A stretch of DNA of 32,000 nt, taken from contig SCKK01000008.1 in NCBI GenBank assembly GCA_004124475.1, forward strand, positions 8,075-40,074, written 5' to 3'. The notes below the pieces were generated by a model. The model made no database searches, was not told where the DNA came from, and saw only the letters and a program-made list of their open reading frames with translations. Positions 26,551 through 32,000 of the stretch are shown here, in pieces. This stretch comes from Fidelibacterota bacterium (GTDB lineage Bacteria > Fidelibacterota > Marinisomatia > Marinisomatales > SCKK01). Positions within the stretch are counted from its first letter, which is position 1, and each line of letters starts with the position of its first letter. The position numbers and the translations under genes were made by a program.

Positions 26551-27432
26551 ATGAGAAGAAAATTGGACCAGTATTTCAATAAAATATTCGTGATTGAGTC
26601 ATTAAGGAATAAAGACACAAAAACTGGAAGCGATCTTTATAATAAATATCTTAAGTTGAAAGTGAAACAAATCCAAGGCCTGGAAGCTGAGATAGTAATG
26701 CCGAAAACAAAGCAAGAATTTATTGATTTTCTTGAAAGAGTGTCGAATGAGGTACAAACAACTGATTTGCTTCCAGTATTCCATATTGAGATCCACGGAT
26801 CACCACAAGGATTAGAACTCGGTTCTGGTGAATTAATTGAATGGATGGAAATGTATCCCTTGCTTGTAGATATCAATACCCACATTGAAAATAATCTGCT
26901 AATTACTCTTGCAGTTTGCTGTGGTAACTACCTTACAAGTATTATTCTTCCTACTAAAAGAGCGCCTGTATGGGGCCTGATTAGTATTTGGGAAAAAGCG
27001 TGGGATTATGATATGGCAGTTAGTTTTAAGGAATTCTATGATGAGTTGCTAAGTTCCTTTGATGGTTTCTTTGATGGCGACAAAGCATTGGAAAAACTGA
27101 ATGAAGCTAACCCGGAAATAGGATATAAATACATATTCTATAGCTGCCAAAGGGTATTCCGTATGGCTTATAAGGAGCACTTGGCAAAGAACTACACTCA
27201 GGAAGCTATCAAAGAGAGAACACAAAGGATGTTTGAGAAGGCGCAGAATCAACCCCGATATAGAGGAAGGACCCCAAGGTCTATAAAAACACAACTCAGG
27301 AAAAATTTGTTAGAAAATCGCAGGCCAAAGTTTGAGGAATTCAAAGAAAAGTTTTTCATGTATGATTTATATCCAAAGAATAAGGGTCGATTTATTGTCC
27401 GATTTGAAGATGTCATGGCTGAGAATGATTAA
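26551..27432 (+). CDS. Hypothetical protein, possible caspase/CHAT-like domain
   Basis: 'LLPVFHIEIHGSPQGLEL..GELIEWMEM....NNLLITLAVCCGNYL' resembles the strand-His-Gly and strand-Cys arrangement of caspase-fold proteins. Confidence 0.5.
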   Translation: MRRKLDQYFNKIFVIESLRNKDTKTGSDLYNKYLKLKVKQIQGLEAEIVMPKTKQEFIDFLERVSNEVQTTDLLPVFHIEIHGSPQGLELGSGELIEWMEMYPLLVDINTHIENNLLITLAVCCGNYLTSIILPTKRAPVWGLISIWEKAWDYDMAVSFKEFYDELLSSFDGFFDGDKALEKLNEANPEIGYKYIFYSCQRVFRMAYKEHLAKNYTQEAIKERTQRMFEKAQNQPRYRGRTPRSIKTQLRKNLLENRRPKFEEFKEKFFMYDLYPKNKGRFIVRFEDVMAEND

Positions 27433-27517
27433 GTGTTAGGTTTATTCGATGATACTCTCTGTCCGCATGTATCCATCCTAATGAATTTTCGGTTACAAGA
27501 ATCACTTTTCCCCTCAA

Positions 27518-27736
27518 ATGCTGCACGATGAGACGGCTCTCCAGCGGCAGATAGATGCTACGGACAGGCAGATTGATCAATTGGTGTATAAGTTGTATGA
27601 ACTGACGGTGGGGGAGATCCGTCTAATCGAAGAAACGACGGACAATCCACGCCTACACAAGTTACGGCGGACAGGTAGAGATTGTGGAGGCAGGAACAAA
27701 AAGAGGACTGGGAAGAAAGATGACATCTTTTATTAG
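27518..27736 (+). pseudogene. Restriction/methyltransferase C-terminal tail remnant, copy 3
   Basis: 'MLHDETALQRQIDATDRQIDQLVYKLYELTVGEIRLIEE' with no upstream body. Confidence 0.65.
27716..27732. repeat. AAAGATGACATCTTTTA repeat upstream of transposase
   Basis: First 16 nt identical to the left half of the 28381-28414 palindrome. Confidence 0.85.
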
Positions 27737-27760
27737 AATCTTTTTACTACTTGAATTTCA

Positions 27761-28351
27761 ATGAGTGAAAAATCAGACATATTCGTACCAGGATCGTATT
27801 ATCACGTTTATAATCGAGCCGTCACAGGGAGTAAACTCTTCCTCGAGGATAAAAACCATCTGTTTTTCCTTCAAAAGTATGACAAATATTTATCAGATTT
27901 CCTTGATACTTATTGTTATTGCTTATTACCAAATCATTTTCATCTGTTGGTGAGAATTAAGGAGAACAATCTTAATAAAAACCAAAATGATTATGATCAA
28001 AGAATCAGTCAACAGTTTCGAAAATTCTTTATCTCATATGCCATGTCTTTCAACAATCTTTATGATCGCAAGGGTACACTTTTTCAACGGCCCTTTAAGA
28101 GAAAATGGATAGACAGTAAAGAATACCTGGTGTATCTCGTGTATTACATCCATTCAAATCCAGAAAGGCATAGAATTACAGAAGACTTTAAAACATATAA
28201 GTTGAGCTCATATAAAAAAATTCAAGGCACTTATCCAAGCAAATTAAAGCGAAAGGAATTATTGGAATGGTTTGGGGGATTGAAGGAATATGTTAGATTC
28301 CACGAGGAAATTCAGAATATTGACAGAATTAAACATCTAATGATCGATTAG
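27761..28351 (+). mobile_element. REP-associated tyrosine transposase (RAYT/Y1_Tnp, IS200-like)
   Basis: 'GSYYHVYNRAVTGSKLF', HUH motif 'LLPNHFHLLVRI', 'GTLFQRPFKRKWID', 'YLVYYIHSNPERHRI'. Confidence 0.92.
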
Positions 28352-28380
28352 AAAATGTCACTATTAAAAAGAGAAAGAAA

Positions 28381-28414
28381 AAAGATGACATCTTTTCGAA
28401 AAGATGTCATCTTT
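28381..28414. repeat. Perfect 34-nt palindrome AAAGATGACATCTTTTCGAAAAGATGTCATCTTT
   Basis: Exact reverse-complement identity; 29 nt downstream of the transposase stop. Confidence 0.93.
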
Positions 28415-28455
28415 AGTAGGTGAATTTATTAAGAAAAAGAAAGGACTATTGATTA

Positions 28456-29628
28456 ATGAAAAAAACTGTCTCTATTTTCACACTAATGATACTGATAACT
28501 GCCTGTGGTGATACCACGGATACATTTCATCACCAGTCATTTGTGGCTGATACCCACAATGATGTATTGCTCCGAGTCATGCAGGGAGAAGATATCTCTC
28601 AGATCACCTCATCCGGCCATTCCGACATTCCCAGGATGCTGGAGGGTGGTATCGATGCGCAGGTTTTTTCCGTATGGGTTAATCCATCGGAATACGGACG
28701 TAACAATTCCTATGACCGGGCGATTGAAATGATAAAAGCGTTAGAGAATATTCAGGAGGCGGTTCCAAACAAGTTTGAAATCACCAAATCTTATGATGAT
28801 CTTCTGCGTATTGAGAAAGCGGGGAAATTGGCAGGAATCATTGGGGTTGAAGGTGGACATGCTATTGAAAACGTTATGGTAAACCTCATTCGCCTCTATC
28901 GTCGTGGGATGCGGTATTTGACACTCACTTGGAATAACTCTACACCATGGGCCACTTCCGCCCTTGATGAGACCAAAAATGAGGATATCCCTTTTCGAGG
29001 ACTAACAGACTTTGGCCGCAAAGTCGTGAAAAAATGCAATGAACTCGGAATTATGATCGATGTATCCCATTTGGGTGAACAGGCATTCTGGGATGTGATA
29101 GAAACAACTACCCAGCCTATCATCGCTTCCCATTCTTGTGTTTATTCCCTCTGCCCCCATTTTCGAAACCTTAAAGATGACCAGTTAAAAGCCATTGGAG
29201 ATAACGGCGGTGTTGTGTTTGTGAATTTTTATCCGGGTTATTTGGATAGCACCTTCAAAGACAAGGCTGATGCGATTGAGGAAACTCATCAAAGAGAGTT
29301 GGATTCGTTGAAAGCACTATATGACGAGGAATCCGATGATTATTGGTACGGGAGCATGGCAATCCTTGGGGAGGAATTAGCGAAAGCAGCCCCCACAGTA
29401 GATGCAGTGATTGATCACATAGATTATATCGCAAAATTAGTAGGCGTTGACCATGTGGGATTGGGATCAGATTTTGATGGCGTGTCTGTGCTTCCCAAGG
29501 GATTAGAGGATTGTACCAAAATGCCTGTGATCACACGAAAACTACTCCACCGTGGTTATTCTAAAGAGGACGTGAGAAAAATCATAGGAGAAAATTTCAG
29601 ACGTATTTTTAAAGAAGTTGTTGGATAA
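28456..29628 (+). CDS. Membrane dipeptidase, peptidase M19 family, putative lipoprotein
   Basis: Lipobox 'LITACG'; 'VADTHNDVLLRV', 'GVEGGHAIE', 'LTLTWNNSTPW', 'DVSHLGEQAFWDV..PIIASHS', 'DHVGLGSDFDG'. Confidence 0.93.
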   Translation: MKKTVSIFTLMILITACGDTTDTFHHQSFVADTHNDVLLRVMQGEDISQITSSGHSDIPRMLEGGIDAQVFSVWVNPSEYGRNNSYDRAIEMIKALENIQEAVPNKFEITKSYDDLLRIEKAGKLAGIIGVEGGHAIENVMVNLIRLYRRGMRYLTLTWNNSTPWATSALDETKNEDIPFRGLTDFGRKVVKKCNELGIMIDVSHLGEQAFWDVIETTTQPIIASHSCVYSLCPHFRNLKDDQLKAIGDNGGVVFVNFYPGYLDSTFKDKADAIEETHQRELDSLKALYDEESDDYWYGSMAILGEELAKAAPTVDAVIDHIDYIAKLVGVDHVGLGSDFDGVSVLPKGLEDCTKMPVITRKLLHRGYSKEDVRKIIGENFRRIFKEVVG

Positions 29629-29636
29629 AATAGAAA

Positions 29637-29666
29637 CATGACATCCGTCAGTTGATGGATGTCATG
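29637..29666. terminator. Convergent-gene hairpin CATGACATCC-N10-GGATGTCATG
   Basis: Perfect 10-nt arms between the convergent M19 and M28 genes; core resembles the GATGACATC repeat. Confidence 0.55.
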
Positions 29667-29677
29667 TTTGATGAAAC

Positions 29678-31303
29678 TTAATACTTAATCCTATCCGGAA
29701 TTTCAGGATATTCCCCGGCGTTAATACGTGGTCGCACATCATTTTGTGATATTCCCCATCCTGTTAAATACACCAACCTTGCAATTTTTTCCGTTTTGGC
29801 GTAATCAATTTTATCTGCTGTGTCAGTGGGTTTGTGGTAATCCTTATGAACGCCTGCAAAGTAAAAGATGATGGGAATTCCATATTGAGCAAAGTTGTAG
29901 TGGTCACTTCGATAATAAAATCGGTTGGGATCATCAAGTGAATTGTACAAGTAATTAAGAAACAGGTTATCAATCTTTCCTGAAGCGTACTCATTGATCT
30001 CATGGAGATCTTCGCTGATCATATTTGAACCGATTATATAGACGCTGTCGGGGGCATTCCGACCGATCATATCGATATTTAGATCGGTAATTGTGTTATC
30101 GAGAGGAAGTAAAGGTTGAGTGGTATAAAACTTTGAGCCTAAGAGACCTTTCTCTTCTCCGGAGACGGCAAGAAACAAAAAACTTCGTTTTGGTGGTGTT
30201 GTATTCCATACAATTGCCTCGGCAATTTCCAACACTGCAGAAGTTCCAGTTCCATTATCATCCGCTCCGTGCCAGATAGAGCCTTTATCATCCACACCCA
30301 GATGGTCATAGTGAGCCGAAATAACAATCGTTTCATGCCCCACTTCCGGATCAACGCCCGGAAATAGTCCTGCCACATTTTGGGTAATGATACTTGTCTT
30401 TTCTATTTCAAGAATAAAGTGAACGTACCGGTCAGGGAGCTCCTGAGCATTCGATTTTCCATCATTTTCCAGCTCAGTTTGCAAATCTCGGAGAGAATTA
30501 CCGGTATTGGCAAGAATCCGATCTGCCGTTCTACTGCTGATAATAAAAAGGGGAACCGATTTTTCGGAGGAAGGTAGTAACATGGTTTCCCGTCGAAGCC
30601 AACGCCTCCATCGTTTGTATTTGTCTGAAAAGATCTCTCCCTTCTTAGGATTGGAGGCAACCAAAAGAGCAGCTACCTTTTTCTCTTTTGCTCTTTTCAA
30701 CTTTTCACGAATATCTGAATGATGAGTGTCTTCATCTCCCTTAAAAGTATCCTCGCTAATATCAGGTTCTCCATCGATGATCAGCACAATCTTGCTGGCG
30801 ACATCCACATTTGCATAATCGTCGTATTCGTATTCAGGCGCAGTAATTCCATAACCGGCGAACACCAAAGGAGCTTTAACCTCTAAACCGTTTACAATCC
30901 CCCGTGAAGAAGAAAAATAATCTTCTCTGTAACTAAATATTTCTTTTACGGTGCTACTCCCCTCTTGGTAGATAAGTGAAAATTGGGGATCACTCTTAAA
31001 CTTGATTTTCAACAGCTCATATTTTTGGAAATAAGATCCATCCGGATTTAATGAAGTAAGACCTAATCTTCTGAACTGTGAGGCGATATATTCTGCAGCT
31101 ATCTGTAAACCTTTTTCTCCTGTCTCCCGACCTTCCAAAGGATCGGAAGATAAAAATGTTATATGTGCACGCAGATCGTTTTGACTGATAGACTGGAGTC
31201 CCGTTTTCACCTCAGACACATCAAAGACGGGAGAGAAATAGATATCGCCCTGGCCGAATAGATGAAGGGGGATGATAAGCAGTGTGAGGATAATTCGTTT
31301 CAA
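29678..31303 (-). CDS. M28-family metallopeptidase with PA-like domain, exported
   Basis: Signal peptide; 'ISAHYDHLGVDDKGSIWHGADDNGTGTSAVLEIA', 'LFLAVSGEEKGLLGSKFY', 'DMIGRNAPD', 'YYRSDHYNFAQYGIPIIFYFAG'. Confidence 0.93.
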   Translation of the reverse strand: MKRIILTLLIIPLHLFGQGDIYFSPVFDVSEVKTGLQSISQNDLRAHITFLSSDPLEGRETGEKGLQIAAEYIASQFRRLGLTSLNPDGSYFQKYELLKIKFKSDPQFSLIYQEGSSTVKEIFSYREDYFSSSRGIVNGLEVKAPLVFAGYGITAPEYEYDDYANVDVASKIVLIIDGEPDISEDTFKGDEDTHHSDIREKLKRAKEKKVAALLVASNPKKGEIFSDKYKRWRRWLRRETMLLPSSEKSVPLFIISSRTADRILANTGNSLRDLQTELENDGKSNAQELPDRYVHFILEIEKTSIITQNVAGLFPGVDPEVGHETIVISAHYDHLGVDDKGSIWHGADDNGTGTSAVLEIAEAIVWNTTPPKRSFLFLAVSGEEKGLLGSKFYTTQPLLPLDNTITDLNIDMIGRNAPDSVYIIGSNMISEDLHEINEYASGKIDNLFLNYLYNSLDDPNRFYYRSDHYNFAQYGIPIIFYFAGVHKDYHKPTDTADKIDYAKTEKIARLVYLTGWGISQNDVRPRINAGEYPEIPDRIKY

Positions 31304-31396
31304 ATCGATATAAAGTTAATGAGATGATGTGAAAGAAAAAAGGGTGGATGTCTCGAACCTATACGCTTTAATTTTCACCAGTGATCGGAGGATAAA

Positions 31397-32000
31397 ATGC
31401 AAGGATTGAATAATAAGATTGTTGTTGTAACTGGAGCGGGTCAGGGGATAGGGAAAGCTACAGCAATTCGGTTTGCCAATGAAGGTAGCAAAGTAGTAGT
31501 GGCGGAATATAATTCAACAACTGGGAAGGCTGTGTCTGACACGATTGCGGAAAGTGGTGAGAATTCGCTATTTGTTCAAGTGGACATCAGCAATAGAAAA
31601 AGCGTGCAGAAGATGGTTTCTGCGACGGTGAGGGAATTTGGAAGAATAGATGTCTTGGTAAATAATGCCGGTGTGATTGATGATGTTACACTGAAAAAGA
31701 TGACGGATGAGCAATTCGATCGGGTAGTCAATGTGAATATGAAAGGTACTTTTATTTGTACTCAAGAGGTAGCAACTATAATGCGGGAGCAAGAATACGG
31801 TGTTATATTAAATGCTGCCTCGGTAGTTGCCCTATATGGGAATTTTGGACAAACCAATTATGTGGCATCGAAAGCGGGTATTATTGGAATGACCAAGGTA
31901 TGGGCTCGGGAGTTAGGGAAATACAACATCCGTGTGAATGCTGTAGCGCCAGGATTTATTCAGACAGACATGGTAAAAGATATTCCCGAGGAAGTTTTAA
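31397..32000 (+). CDS. fabG: SDR-family oxidoreductase, 3-oxoacyl-ACP reductase-like, truncated by the window end
   Basis: Hand translation: 'NNKIVVVTGAGQGIGKATAIRFANEG', 'LVNNAGVIDD', 'NYVASKAGIIGMTKVWARELGKYNIRVNAVAPGFIQTDM'. Confidence 0.85.
   Translation, partial: MQGLNNKIVVVTGAGQGIGKATAIRFANEGSKVVVAEYNSTTGKAVSDTIAESGENSLFVQVDISNRKSVQKMVSATVREFGRIDVLVNNAGVIDDVTLKKMTDEQFDRVVNVNMKGTFICTQEVATIMREQEYGVILNAASVVALYGNFGQTNYVASKAGIIGMTKVWARELGKYNIRVNAVAPGFIQTDMVKDIPEEVL

Noticed and set aside
25275-28414. CRISPR array
   Set aside because: Repeats are few, palindromic, irregularly spaced and interleaved with genes; no regular repeat-spacer structure or cas genes.
1-32000. tRNA or rRNA genes
   Set aside because: No CCA-ending cloverleaf or rRNA-like conserved stretches were noticed by eye; a tRNAscan-SE/Infernal run would be needed to exclude them formally.

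Overview
This 32 kb window is a gene-dense bacterial chromosome segment, possibly from an FCB-superphylum-like organism judging by the TonB/carboxypeptidase-regulatory receptor and PorV/TPR-like proteins. The lineage is an inference only. Most conspicuous is an apparent operon at 15.1-22.7 kb. It has a near-consensus TTGACA-N17-TACAAT promoter at its start and a strong intrinsic terminator at its end. It encodes, in order, a CarboxypepD_reg-like envelope protein, a coiled-coil/TPR periplasmic protein, an outer-membrane beta-barrel plus TPR protein, MotA/PomA, MotB/PomB, a truncated FliF-like protein (signal peptide, FliF_C-like periplasmic part, one TM, FliG-binding-like tail) and a FliG-like protein. 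No FliM/FliN, export, rod, hook or flagellin genes are visible. It is a candidate non-flagellar, flagellar-motor-derived envelope machine. Downstream (25.3-28.4 kb) is an accessory patch. It contains three degenerate copies of a restriction/methyltransferase C-terminal tail ('LQRQIDATDxQIDxLVYxLYELT'), a HEPN-like protein, a possible caspase/CHAT-like protein, and a RAYT-type Y1 transposase with GATGACATC palindromes. Other content: GT2, radical SAM/SPASM and LPG-synthase-like TM genes; gamma-glutamyltransferase; DUF1028 protein; threonine synthase; TonB-dependent receptor and a paralogous fragment; rhodanese; FmdB-like protein; HicAB; tryptophanase; M19 dipeptidase; M28 peptidase; FabG-like SDR; and several families of short palindromic repeats.
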